A stretch of DNA of 22,767 nt from an uncultured Chroococcidiopsis sp. (GTDB lineage Bacteria > Cyanobacteriota > Cyanobacteriia > Cyanobacteriales > Chroococcidiopsidaceae), in the NCBI GenBank assembly GCA_964248365.1, contig CAXTYC010000033.1:1-22767 (forward strand), in the 5' to 3' direction. Of this stretch, positions 8,540 to 17,567 are shown in pieces. The translations under genes were made by a program, and so were the position numbers. The notes below the pieces were generated by a model. That model ran no database searches. It was not told the DNA's origin and saw nothing but the letters and a program-made list of their open reading frames with translations. Each line of letters begins with the position of its first letter. Within the stretch, counting starts at the first letter, position 1.

Positions 8540-9247
8540 ATGCTTTTACTACAATTTAGTACGTCCCACTATTGTCGCAAAGCTAGGCTGGCTCTAGGTT
8601 ACAAAAAGATTGCCTACCATGTGGAAAATCTCACTCCTGGCTTGCACATCCTCAAACTTCTTCCGCTGACAGGCTTGACAACCATACCTGTTTTGCTACC
8701 ACAAGTAGAAGGACAACCAAAGGCGATCGCAGACTCAACACGCATATTCAAATTCTTAGAAACCTATTGTCCCCAACCGCCTCTGTTTTTACCGGATCAT
8801 CGGTTGCAAACAGAAGCTTGGATGCTAGAAGATTGGCTAGATGAAAGTATCGGGACGGCAACTCGCTTTGTTTACTATCATTTTCGGGCTGGAGAGGGAA
8901 AGCACATTGATCCGTCGCTGTCAAGTCAATTAGTGATATCTGTAGTACGTAAACAATATGGAATTAATAGCGCTAGTGTAGAACTAGCGGCAAATCGGCT
9001 TGCTACGGCTTTGGAGGAATTATCAATTCGCTGGGAAAAGAAGCCTTACCTAGTGGGCGATCGGCTGGGCGTAGCAGATATTGCTGCTGCTGCTTTGCTC
9101 AGTCCTTTGGCTTTGATTCCCCAGTATCATCAAGGATATCCTTGGCTATTTGAACGCATTGTACAAATCCATCAAATTTGTGGCGAACCGTTGCCGCCTG
9201 GGTTAAAAAGCAGGGGGGCAGAGGAGCAGAGGGGCAGGGGGGAATAA
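8540..9247 (+). CDS. Glutathione S-transferase family protein
   Basis: SHYCRKAR, TIPVL, IADST (GST N-domain); YLVGDRLGVADIAAAALL (C-domain). Confidence 0.9.
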   Translation: MLLLQFSTSHYCRKARLALGYKKIAYHVENLTPGLHILKLLPLTGLTTIPVLLPQVEGQPKAIADSTRIFKFLETYCPQPPLFLPDHRLQTEAWMLEDWLDESIGTATRFVYYHFRAGEGKHIDPSLSSQLVISVVRKQYGINSASVELAANRLATALEELSIRWEKKPYLVGDRLGVADIAAAALLSPLALIPQYHQGYPWLFERIVQIHQICGEPLPPGLKSRGAEEQRGRGE

Positions 9248-9251
9248 GATT

Positions 9252-9617
9252 ATGTTACATAAACTCAAAATGTCGCCAGTGAGATCGCCCTTAACCCCAT
9301 TTATCAAAGGGGGAACTCAAGGGGGGATTGTTGGGGCTGGTGTTGGGATATTATTGGGGTTGGCATCGGTCGTACCAGCACAAGCATTGCCGCCGCCGGA
9401 GGATATACCAGAGGAAATATTGCGGACAGAGATTATTTTAGAAGCGCGATCGCCTGTTGATGGTAAGCCGCTTACCGCTGCCCAATACGCCGAATTGCAA
9501 GGCTTTCTACAAACTCGTCGCACACCACCACAGTTAAACCCCAAAGTGCGAGACGCTGTTTTTCTACTCCGCTTGCGGCGGACACTTCGCACCTTTTTCC
9601 CTTTTCTGCCCATTTGA
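9252..9617 (+). CDS. Conserved cyanobacterial hypothetical protein with signal-peptide-like N-region
   Basis: Hydrophobic stretch and AQA site followed by LPPPEDIPEEILRTEII.EARSP.DGKPLTAAQYAEL; starts 4 nt after the GST stop. Confidence 0.75.
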   Translation: MLHKLKMSPVRSPLTPFIKGGTQGGIVGAGVGILLGLASVVPAQALPPPEDIPEEILRTEIILEARSPVDGKPLTAAQYAELQGFLQTRRTPPQLNPKVRDAVFLLRLRRTLRTFFPFLPI

Positions 9618-9629
9618 GGGGCGTTTAAG

Positions 9630-9730
9630 AGAGCAGGGGGAGCGGGGGGGAAATCAGTTAACAGTTATCAGTTATCAGTTATCAATTGCAGGTCACTGTC
9701 TCCTGACTCCCGTCTTCTGTCTCCTGGCTC
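9630..9730. repeat. Heptamer repeats (CAGTTAT, CTCCTG-type) upstream of glgB
   Basis: TCAGTTA/CAGTTAT tandem at ~9654-9684 followed by TCTCCTG-type units. Confidence 0.75.
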
Positions 9731-9850
9731 CACAATTCCACAACTCCCAAATTGACTTGATTTCTTGGCTGATTTGCAAATAAATGTAAAGAATGTGTAT
9801 AAGTATGACGAAAGGAATCAATTAATAATTTATTCCAGGTAGGTAGCTGC

Positions 9851-12139
9851 ATGACTATGATGATCGCCCCAGAACAGGTAGAACGCATTGTTTGGAATCA
9901 ACATCATGACCCCTTTGAAGTGCTGGGTTCTCATCCGATAGAACAAGATGGTAAAACTGTCTGGGTAGTGCGAGCCTATTTACCGAATGCGAGTGCGGCG
10001 TGGGTTGTCTTGCCAGAAGAACGGAAAGAATACCCAATGCAAAGCGTGCATCATCCCCACTTTTTTGAATGCACGATTGATCTGCCAGAATTGGCAAACT
10101 ATCAGCTAAGAATTCTAGAAGGAGAACACGAGCGCGTTATCTACGATCCCTATGCCTTCCGTTCTCCCCGCTTGACAGAATTTGACTTGCATCTATTTGC
10201 CGAAGGTAATCATCACCGGATTTATGAGAAACTAGGAGCGCACCCAACACAAATTAATGGTGTTAAGGGTGTGTATTTTGCTGTCTGGGCTCCCAATGCT
10301 CGCAACGTTTCGATTTTGGGAGATTTCAACTGTTGGGACGGACGTAAGCACCAAATGCGTAAAGGTGCGACGGGGATTTGGGAATTATTTGTTCCCGAAT
10401 TGGGAGTGGGCGATCGCTACAAATACGAAATTAAAAACTACGACGGTCACATTTACGAAAAATCTGACCCCTACGGCTTCCAACAAGAAGTTAGACCCAA
10501 AACCGCATCTATAGTCACCGATCTAGATGCCTATAACTGGAATGACCTTGAATGGATGGAAAAACGCCGCCACACCGATCCCCTAACTCAACCGATTTCA
10601 GTCTACGAAGTGCATTTAGGCTCGTGGCTACACGCCTCCTCAGCCCAACCGTACATACTACCCAATGGTGAAACCCTGCCTCCTGTCTTAGCCTCAGAAC
10701 TCAAACCTGGAGCAAGATTTCTCACTTACCGAGAACTAGCCCAGCGGCTGATTCCCTACGTTAAGGAATTGGGATACACCCATATTGAAATGCTACCTGT
10801 CGCCGAGCATCCCTTTGATGGCTCCTGGGGTTATCAGGTAACTGGTTACTATGCCCCTACATCCCGCTATGGTAGCCCCGAAGACTTCATGTATTTTATA
10901 GATCAGTGTCACCAAAACGGCATTGGCGTAATTGTAGATTGGGTTCCTGGTCACTTCCCTAAAGATGGTCATGGCTTAGCGTTCTTTGATGGTACTCACC
11001 TTTACGAACACGCCGATCCCCGCAAAGGCGAACATAAAGAGTGGGGAACCTTGGTATTTAACTACAACCGCCACGAAGTACGTAATTTCCTTGTTGCAAA
11101 TGCTCTGTTCTGGTTTGACAAGTACCACATCGATGGAATTCGTGTAGATGCGGTTGCCTCCATGCTCTACCTCGACTACTGTCGTAAGGAGGGCGAATGG
11201 CTGCCTAATGAATATGGTGGTAGAGAAAACCTGGAAGCAGCCGATTTCCTGCGTCAGGTGAATTACGTCATTTTTAGCTATTTCCCAGGCATTCTTTCGA
11301 TAGCGGAAGAATCCACTTCTTGGCCTATGGTATCTTGGCCAGCATACATGGGCGGACTAGGCTTTAACTTGAAGTGGAATATGGGTTGGATGCATGATAT
11401 GCTCGACTACTTCAGCATGGACCCTTGGTTTCGCCAGTTTCACCAGAACAATGTTACGTTTAGTATGTGGTATAACCACAGTGAAAATTTTATGCTAGCT
11501 CTGTCTCACGATGAAGTCGTGCATGGCAAGAGCAACATTATCGGCAAGATGCCAGGGGACAGGTGGCAACAGTTCGCCAATGTCCGCTGTTTATTCTCTT
11601 ATATGTTCTCCCACCCAGGCAAGAAAACCATGTTTATGAGCATGGAGTTTGGGCAATGGAGTGAGTGGAATGTTTGGGGTGATTTGGAGTGGCATCTATT
11701 GCAGCACCAGCCGCACCGACAGCTGAAGGATTTTATGAGAGATCTCAATCATCTCTACCGCAGCGAAAGCGCTTTGTATTCTCAGGATTTTGCCCAAGAG
11801 GGGTTCGAGTGGATTGACTGTAGCGACAGCCGCCATAGTGTAGTTTCATTCATTCGTCGGGCAAAGGATGAAAAAGATTTCCTGATTGTAGTTTGCAACT
11901 TCACACCACAGCCCCATTCTCATTATCGTATTGGTGTACCAGAGCCTGGATTTTATAAGGAATTGTTTAACAGTGACTCCCGTGAGTATGGTGGTAGTAA
12001 TATGGGCAATCTGGGCGGTAAATGGACAGATGAATGGTCTTACCATAGTCGTCCCTACTCGGTTGACTTGTGTTTGCCGCCATTAGGAGTGCTAATTTTG
12101 AAGCTGGAGCGAGAAAAAACAGCCGCAGCTTTGACTTGA
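9851..12139 (+). CDS. glgB: 1,4-alpha-glucan (glycogen) branching enzyme
   Basis: [56 protein letters not shown]13 motifs; AGGT upstream of ATG. Confidence 0.98.
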   Translation: MTMMIAPEQVERIVWNQHHDPFEVLGSHPIEQDGKTVWVVRAYLPNASAAWVVLPEERKEYPMQSVHHPHFFECTIDLPELANYQLRILEGEHERVIYDPYAFRSPRLTEFDLHLFAEGNHHRIYEKLGAHPTQINGVKGVYFAVWAPNARNVSILGDFNCWDGRKHQMRKGATGIWELFVPELGVGDRYKYEIKNYDGHIYEKSDPYGFQQEVRPKTASIVTDLDAYNWNDLEWMEKRRHTDPLTQPISVYEVHLGSWLHASSAQPYILPNGETLPPVLASELKPGARFLTYRELAQRLIPYVKELGYTHIEMLPVAEHPFDGSWGYQVTGYYAPTSRYGSPEDFMYFIDQCHQNGIGVIVDWVPGHFPKDGHGLAFFDGTHLYEHADPRKGEHKEWGTLVFNYNRHEVRNFLVANALFWFDKYHIDGIRVDAVASMLYLDYCRKEGEWLPNEYGGRENLEAADFLRQVNYVIFSYFPGILSIAEESTSWPMVSWPAYMGGLGFNLKWNMGWMHDMLDYFSMDPWFRQFHQNNVTFSMWYNHSENFMLALSHDEVVHGKSNIIGKMPGDRWQQFANVRCLFSYMFSHPGKKTMFMSMEFGQWSEWNVWGDLEWHLLQHQPHRQLKDFMRDLNHLYRSESALYSQDFAQEGFEWIDCSDSRHSVVSFIRRAKDEKDFLIVVCNFTPQPHSHYRIGVPEPGFYKELFNSDSREYGGSNMGNLGGKWTDEWSYHSRPYSVDLCLPPLGVLILKLEREKTAAALT

Positions 12140-12169
12140 TTGCTAGCGTAATGCACCGAAAATCAATTC

Positions 12170-12204
12170 TAGGGTGCGTTAGGGCTTCGCCCTAACGCAC
12201 CCTA
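12170..12204. repeat. Perfect REP-like hairpin TAGGGTGCGTTAGGGC-TTC-GCCCTAACGCACCCTA
   Basis: 16-bp perfect stem, 3-nt loop, between convergent glgB and rpmB; partial arm at ~12146-12157. Confidence 0.9.
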
Positions 12205-12317
12205 CACATCCTGATCCCTAGTTTCTAGCTTTCGGTAATGAGTAATACTCATTGTTCAATGAGTGTTGCTACTCGCTAATCGCTAAAAGCGCGCCAGCTA
12301 AAAGCTAATCGCTTTCA

Positions 12318-12554
12318 TTAATAATGATTCAGGTTAATTCCTGCTTCTTTCGCCATTGCTTGCAAACCTTTGCTTGCCAAAGTCTTGATTGCTTTGGTCG
12401 AAAGCCGCAATCTCACCCAGCGATTACCTTCAGACCACCAAACTCTTTTCCACTGCAAATTTACTTCTTGCAGCTTTTTTGTGCGGCGGTGAGAGTGGGA
12501 AATCGCAAAGGCATTATTAGCCTTTTTGCCTGTTAATTGACATTTACGTGACAT
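12318..12554 (-). CDS. rpmB: 50S ribosomal protein L28
   Basis: [34 protein letters not shown]; 78 aa from ATG 12554. Confidence 0.98.
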   Translation of the reverse strand: MSRKCQLTGKKANNAFAISHSHRRTKKLQEVNLQWKRVWWSEGNRWVRLRLSTKAIKTLASKGLQAMAKEAGINLNHY

Positions 12555-12705
12555 AGAAAGCTCTCTTTGATTTCTGATTTTTGAGGTTAGATCGCAATCT
12601 ATTATTGTAGCCATAGGGCATCTTTAAAAGATAGCGATCGCTTTTTGTCTCCTTAGTGGTTGCGTTCATCAAATTGATCCCCCCAACTCCCCTAATAATC
12701 TATTA

Positions 12706-12769
12706 GTAAGGTGGGCATGGGTGGCATACTGGTTGCTCTGTGTGTGTAGGGTGGGCATGGGTGGCATAC
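12706..12769 (+). repeat. Two 24-bp direct copies of the G-rich REP-like repeat GTA(A/G)GGTGGGCATGGGTGGCATAC
   Basis: 12706-12729 and 12746-12769, one mismatch, 16-nt spacer. Confidence 0.9.
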
Positions 12770-12808
12770 GCCTCTCCCAAGCTCAGCCCATGATGGGAGA
12801 TAATGTAG

Positions 12809-14794
12809 CTACACACTCGCACTACGTTCTGTCAGGCGAGTTAAAACTTGATTAGAACGCTCGACAAAGGCTTTCATTCCTTGGGCATCAAATCCCTTTT
12901 GTGCCATCAATGCCAAATCATAAACATGATGACAAATCATATTGGCTAATTCTGTCGAAGGAGATTGATTCTCACCCTGAATAATACTGCCTTGACTGAG
13001 ACTAACCAAATTTTGAATCAGTGGGTGAGCCGTATTAACTACCAGAATATGTTCTTCTGGGAACTGGGCTGTTTGCTGCTGCATCATAGCAGTCATCTCT
13101 CGCATACGGCGCAGAAACTCTGGCAATAGTACCATTGCAGGTGGCGTTCCTTGCGGATCATCTGATTTGAGTGCTTCGGTGCGAATATTTAATTTAGGCT
13201 TATTCAGAGCTTTCTCGAACAACTCTTTGATTAGTTCGCTGCGGGTTTTGTTGGTTTTAGGATCAACAATTTCCCCTGCTTTGTCCTTGTCAAGCAGAGT
13301 TTGGTCAAGTTCTGCATCTACACGAGAGAATTTAACATTGGGATATTCTTGCTCTAGGAATGAAATGAAGTGCGTGTCGATGAAAGAGTCCATAAACAGG
13401 ACTTCTAAACCCTGGTTCTTGTGCAGTTCAACCAATGTCGCCTGGGTTACTTCATCAGTGCAGTAAAAGACTCGGTTTTCGTGGCGTTCTTTGTTGCGCT
13501 CTAGGTATTCCTTGAGAGTAGTATATTCGGATTTTGAATTGTTTTGCTCGGTCTTTGCTGGGGTGACATCTTCCCATGCGTCACCTGCTTGAGATTGCAC
13601 TTCAACTTTTGGGGTAGCTTCCGTTGTCTCCCCTGGCTGATACGTAGTGCGATAGATAATGATATCTTCGACTTGTTTTTTGAATTTCTCGTCGTTGAGA
13701 GCGCCAAACTTAACGAAAGTAGAAACGTCTTGCCAAACTTTGATGTATTCTTCGCGGTTATCGCGGTATAGTTCTTTAAGGCGATCGCCTACTTTACGAG
13801 AAATATAATCGGCTATTTTCCTCACTGTGCGATCGGTTTGCAAAGCGCTACGAGACACATTTAGGGGAATATCCGTGCTATCAATTACACCCCGCATCGG
13901 CAGCAGGAATTTTGGGATAATCTCTTCACAGTGGTCACTGACAAAGACTTGATTGCAAAATAACTTAATCTGCCCTTGGGTAACATCCACATCCGGCTTC
14001 AGCTTGGGAAAATAGAGAATCCCATTCAAAATGAAAGGATAATCCGTATTTAGATGCACCCACAGCAGCGGCTCATCTTGAAACGGATACAGGTAGCGGT
14101 AAAATTCTAGATAATCTTCTTTCGTCAGGCTACTGGGAGACTCCCGCCAAGGTGCTTTTTGCTTATTTAGTACCTCCCCGTCAAGTTTTATCGGTACTGG
14201 CAGAAAGTCGCAGTATGTCTTGACAAGTTGCTTAATTCGTGCTGCTTCTAAATATTCTTGTTCGTCTTCTTGAAGAGTGAGAGTAACGGTAGTACCGCGC
14301 GTGGTGCGAGATGAATCTTCAAGGGTGAACTGTGGAGAACCATCACAACTCCAGTGGACAGCCTGGGAACCTTCTTTATAGGAAAGAGTATCAATTTCGA
14401 CCTTTTGCGCCACCATGAACGAAGAGTAGAAACCCAAACCAAAATGACCGATAATTGGTTGATCTGCTTTGCCTTCGTACTTCTGAATAAATTCCTCGGC
14501 ACTAGAAAAGGCAACTTGGTTGATGTATTTTTTGACTTCCTCTGCCGTCATACCGATACCATTGTCGGAAATGGAGAGAGTCTTTTTGTCCTTGTCTATG
14601 GCAATTTGAATTTCTGGTAGTCCGATGTCTTGGTTGTATTCTCCAGCGCGGGATACCATTATCAGCTTTTGGATGGCATCAACAGCGTTTGATACCAATT
14701 CCCGTAAGAAAATCTCATGGTCAGAGTAGAGAGATTTCTTGATAATAGGGAAAATATTCTCAGTGTGAATACTAATCGTGCCTTGTTCGAGCAT
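12809..14794 (-). CDS. htpG: Molecular chaperone HtpG (Hsp90)
   Basis: IFLRELVSNAVDA, DNGIGM, IGHFGLGFYS, IPLNVSRSALQ; ATG at 14794 (MLEQG). Confidence 0.98.
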   Translation of the reverse strand: MLEQGTISIHTENIFPIIKKSLYSDHEIFLRELVSNAVDAIQKLIMVSRAGEYNQDIGLPEIQIAIDKDKKTLSISDNGIGMTAEEVKKYINQVAFSSAEEFIQKYEGKADQPIIGHFGLGFYSSFMVAQKVEIDTLSYKEGSQAVHWSCDGSPQFTLEDSSRTTRGTTVTLTLQEDEQEYLEAARIKQLVKTYCDFLPVPIKLDGEVLNKQKAPWRESPSSLTKEDYLEFYRYLYPFQDEPLLWVHLNTDYPFILNGILYFPKLKPDVDVTQGQIKLFCNQVFVSDHCEEIIPKFLLPMRGVIDSTDIPLNVSRSALQTDRTVRKIADYISRKVGDRLKELYRDNREEYIKVWQDVSTFVKFGALNDEKFKKQVEDIIIYRTTYQPGETTEATPKVEVQSQAGDAWEDVTPAKTEQNNSKSEYTTLKEYLERNKERHENRVFYCTDEVTQATLVELHKNQGLEVLFMDSFIDTHFISFLEQEYPNVKFSRVDAELDQTLLDKDKAGEIVDPKTNKTRSELIKELFEKALNKPKLNIRTEALKSDDPQGTPPAMVLLPEFLRRMREMTAMMQQQTAQFPEEHILVVNTAHPLIQNLVSLSQGSIIQGENQSPSTELANMICHHVYDLALMAQKGFDAQGMKAFVERSNQVLTRLTERSASV

Positions 14795-14946
14795 ACTTAC
14801 TGATGATTGTAGGAAGATTGTCACTTTTGGATCTTAATCGCACAGCCAGAGCGATCGCCCATTAATTAACTAGAAATTGCCCTGCTACCTTAATTCGGTT
14901 TGCCCTACCTTTTATACTGAAGATCCCCCAGTTGTGCCATATAACC

Positions 14947-15798
14947 ATGAGTAAAGATATGCAACGGGAATTTACCAGCCGCGAAGAGTTGGTAAATTAC
15001 CTGCGAGAACAATTTCCAGCCGCCGCCGAACGAGATGATCATATCAGTCCAATTGTGGGTGGACGCAAAGCAGCCGAAAAGTCACTACAAAACGTAGAAC
15101 CAGCACACTATGCCAAATCACGTAATTTTTTTACTGGTGCAGTGACTCGCCTATCACCATACATCCGCTACGGTGTTTTGAGTTTGGCAGAAGTACGGGA
15201 TGAGGCGCTAAAAAAAGTCCAGCAGCTAGACGAAGCCACCAAGCTAATCAATGAGTTAGGTTGGCGTGACTACTGGCAGCGTCTGTATGACAAATTAAAA
15301 GATGGCATCTGGCAAGATCAGGAAGAATACAAAACTGGCTACACCCCTAAAGACTACACGCCAGATTTACCCGAAGATATCATTACTAGCACAACAGGAC
15401 GAGTTTGCATCGACAGCTTCAGCCGCGACTTGCGAGAAATAGGCTATCTCCATAATCATGCAAGGCTGTGGCTAGCAGCATACATGGTGCATTGGCGACG
15501 CATTCTGTGGCAAACAGGAGCAAAATGGTTCCTAGAACATCTCCTAGATGGCGATCCTGCAAGTAATAATATGTCATGGCAATGGGTAGCCAGCACCTTT
15601 AGCCACAAACCCTACTTTTTCAACCGCCAGAACTTAGAACACTACACCGAAGGAGTCTATTGCCGCCAATGTCCACTTTACGGACATTGTGATTTTGAAG
15701 GCAACTACGAACAACTAGAAAAAAAACTATTTCCCAAAGCAGAATTTATCAAAAAACCCAACAGCCAATCTTTCCAACGCCGCAAAAAGCGCCCTTAA
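14947..15798 (+). CDS. Short photolyase-like protein: FAD-binding catalytic domain only, with a putative 4Fe-4S Cys set
   Basis: VTRLSPYIRYG, ELGWRDYW, GYLHNHARLW, LLDGDPASNNMSWQWVAS; Cys in TGRVC and YCRQCPLYGHCDF; no N-terminal alpha/beta domain. Confidence 0.88.
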   Translation: MSKDMQREFTSREELVNYLREQFPAAAERDDHISPIVGGRKAAEKSLQNVEPAHYAKSRNFFTGAVTRLSPYIRYGVLSLAEVRDEALKKVQQLDEATKLINELGWRDYWQRLYDKLKDGIWQDQEEYKTGYTPKDYTPDLPEDIITSTTGRVCIDSFSRDLREIGYLHNHARLWLAAYMVHWRRILWQTGAKWFLEHLLDGDPASNNMSWQWVASTFSHKPYFFNRQNLEHYTEGVYCRQCPLYGHCDFEGNYEQLEKKLFPKAEFIKKPNSQSFQRRKKRP

Positions 15799-15852
15799 AT
15801 TTCTTAGCGCCTTTGCGTCTTTGCGTGAAACAAATCCAAAATCCAAAATCCA

Positions 15853-16269
15853 ATGAGTAAACCAATTATCTGGGTACACGGAGACGGACTTAGTCCCAAA
15901 AACCCCGCACTACAACAATACCCCAACGCCCCAGCAATTTGGGTATGGGACGAGGCTTTATTAGAAGAGTGGAAAATAAGCCTCAAACGTATCACCTTTA
16001 TCTACGAATGCTTGCTTGAGTTACCCGTTATCATCCGACGTGGTGATGTAGCCAAAGAAGTCTTAGCCTTTGCCCAAGAGCATAATGCCACGACTGTAGC
16101 AACAGCAGAAAGTGTCAGCCCCAGATTTGATAATATTTGTGACGAAATAGAACGTTCTATGGATTTAGAATTATTTGAAGTAGAGCCGTTTTTTGAATAC
16201 GACGGATATATCGACCTCAAGCGTTTTTCTCGCTATTGGAAAGTGGCAGAACGGCATTTATTTAAATAA
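15853..16269 (+). CDS. Stand-alone photolyase alpha/beta (antenna-like) domain protein
   Basis: IIWVHGDGLSPKNPAL...AIWVWD...KRITFIYECLLEL...RGD...LKRFSRYWK parallels the photolyase N-domain pattern W.R.DLR..DNPAL...R..F..E.L..L...FT.F.K. Confidence 0.7.
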   Translation: MSKPIIWVHGDGLSPKNPALQQYPNAPAIWVWDEALLEEWKISLKRITFIYECLLELPVIIRRGDVAKEVLAFAQEHNATTVATAESVSPRFDNICDEIERSMDLELFEVEPFFEYDGYIDLKRFSRYWKVAERHLFK

Positions 16270-16311
16270 TTTGGCAAAAAGTAAAAAAATCAGTAAGAAC
16301 AAAAATATCTA

Positions 16312-16500
16312 ATGAACCTTGCTGACATACTCAAAGACTCTAACTACAAATTATCGCAATTCAGCCCTTTGGAGATTGATAGTATAGAGCGATCGCTTAT
16401 CATCAAGCAAACGAAAAGCGGTGATACGCCCTATGTTAATTGCCATGTGCGGAACAAGGAAATTAAGCTATCTCTAGAAGAAGCAATACGACAGCTTTAG
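16312..16500 (+). pseudogene. N-terminal fragment of an HsdR_N-type restriction-modification protein
   Basis: PYVNCHVRNKEIKLSLEEAIRQL resembles the C..R...i.l.PEE.VRQ motif of HSDR_N domains; the ORF stops after 62 aa. Confidence 0.65.
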
Positions 16501-16635
16501 ATGAATCAACAACTTGCAGTAGGGATTAATTTACTCATATAAGAATTGATTAAAGAAATTGAGCAAGCGCCAGATTTTTTGATAGAGTAAGTTTTAAATT
16601 TTCTGCTTTTTATCAAAATCAGGCTGAATCAGAAT
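16501..16635 (+). pseudogene. DUF2281-like small antitoxin-type gene remnant
   Basis: Frame reads ...*ELIKEIEQAPDFLIE*VLNFLLFIKIR with in-frame TAA at 16540 and 16588. Confidence 0.55.
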
Positions 16636-16759
16636 GTTTGTCCCTTTCCTCAAGCAGTCGCAATGCTTTTACAATTATCTCATCAATACTATGATAATTG
16701 CCGCTGCTCAATTTTTGTTCAATAAACCGTTGTTGTTCTGGGTTTAAGATGATATTCAT
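16619..16759 (-). pseudogene. ParD-like (CC2985-type) RHH antitoxin, truncated to 46 aa
   Basis: MNIILNPEQQRFIEQKLSSGNYHSIDEIIVKALRLLEERD with AGAGGTG RBS upstream; not in the ORF track; lacks the usual C-terminal toxin-binding half. Confidence 0.75.
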
Positions 16760-16879
16760 AGTTTTCACCTCTATCCACTTACATCATAAAGTAGAGTTAG
16801 CATTGTTTATACAATTACTGAAAATTACTAAAACAAAGATAAATGTAAATCAACTTGCAATTTTGGGGTTTTAAATTCC

Positions 16880-17464
16880 ATGATTATCGCAGAAGAACAA
16901 CGTCATTACTCACCTGAAGAATACCTAGAAATAGAGGTCAATTCAGAGGAACGCCATGAATATATTGATGGTCAAATTATTCCTATGACAGGTGGAACAC
17001 CCAATCATAATCAAATTGCTGGTAACTTTTATGCTGCTTTGAATTTTGCTCTCAAGCGTCAGCCTTATCGTGTCTTTTTTACAGACCAGCGGCTTTGGAT
17101 TCCCAAAAAGCAAATTCATACCTATCCTGATGTCATGGCTATTAACAGTCCACTGGAATTTGTAGAAGGACGCAAAGACACTATTACAAATCCGTTGATA
17201 ATTGCTGAGGTATTATCGAAATCTACTAAAGCTTATGACCGAGATGAAAAATTTGCCGCTTATCGTACAATTCCTAGCTTTGGGGAATATATTCTAATTG
17301 ACCAATATAGGATGCACGTTGAGCAATATTGCAAAACGGATAACAATAAGTGGATATTTTCTGAATATGAAGATGGGGATGGGATGTTATCGTTAGCCAG
17401 TGTTGGGTTTCAAATTGTTCTGGGGGATATTTATGATAATGTCGATTTTGATGCCGAAGAGTAA
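16880..17464 (+). CDS. Uma2 family (PD-(D/E)XK) putative endonuclease
   Basis: RHEYIDGQIIPMTGGT..H, YPDVM, IIAEVLSKST..YD, EYILIDQ. Confidence 0.92.
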   Translation: MIIAEEQRHYSPEEYLEIEVNSEERHEYIDGQIIPMTGGTPNHNQIAGNFYAALNFALKRQPYRVFFTDQRLWIPKKQIHTYPDVMAINSPLEFVEGRKDTITNPLIIAEVLSKSTKAYDRDEKFAAYRTIPSFGEYILIDQYRMHVEQYCKTDNNKWIFSEYEDGDGMLSLASVGFQIVLGDIYDNVDFDAEE

Positions 17465-17485
17465 GGTGGGTAATGTCTTGATGAT

Positions 17486-17504
17486 TAAGGTGGGCATGGG
17501 TGGC
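17486..17504 (+). repeat. G-rich REP-like repeat copy (TAAGGTGGGCATGGGTGGC), with a partial copy at 17461-17475
   Basis: Matches the 12706 and 12746 copies. Confidence 0.8.
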
Positions 17505-17567
17505 TTAGTGGGAACTAATACTAGTATGAGTCTGCACAAAAGTCTGATGTTCTAGTGTTGATAATCC

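Noticed and set aside
12706..12769. Possible mini CRISPR array (24-bp direct repeats)
   Set aside because: Only two copies, a 16-nt spacer, no cas genes, and the unit recurs singly elsewhere as a dispersed repeat.
14795..14946. CIRCE or LexA box in the htpG/photolyase divergent region
   Set aside because: I saw no match to TTAGCACTC-N9-GAGTGCTAA or the cyanobacterial RGTAC-N3-DGTWCB box.
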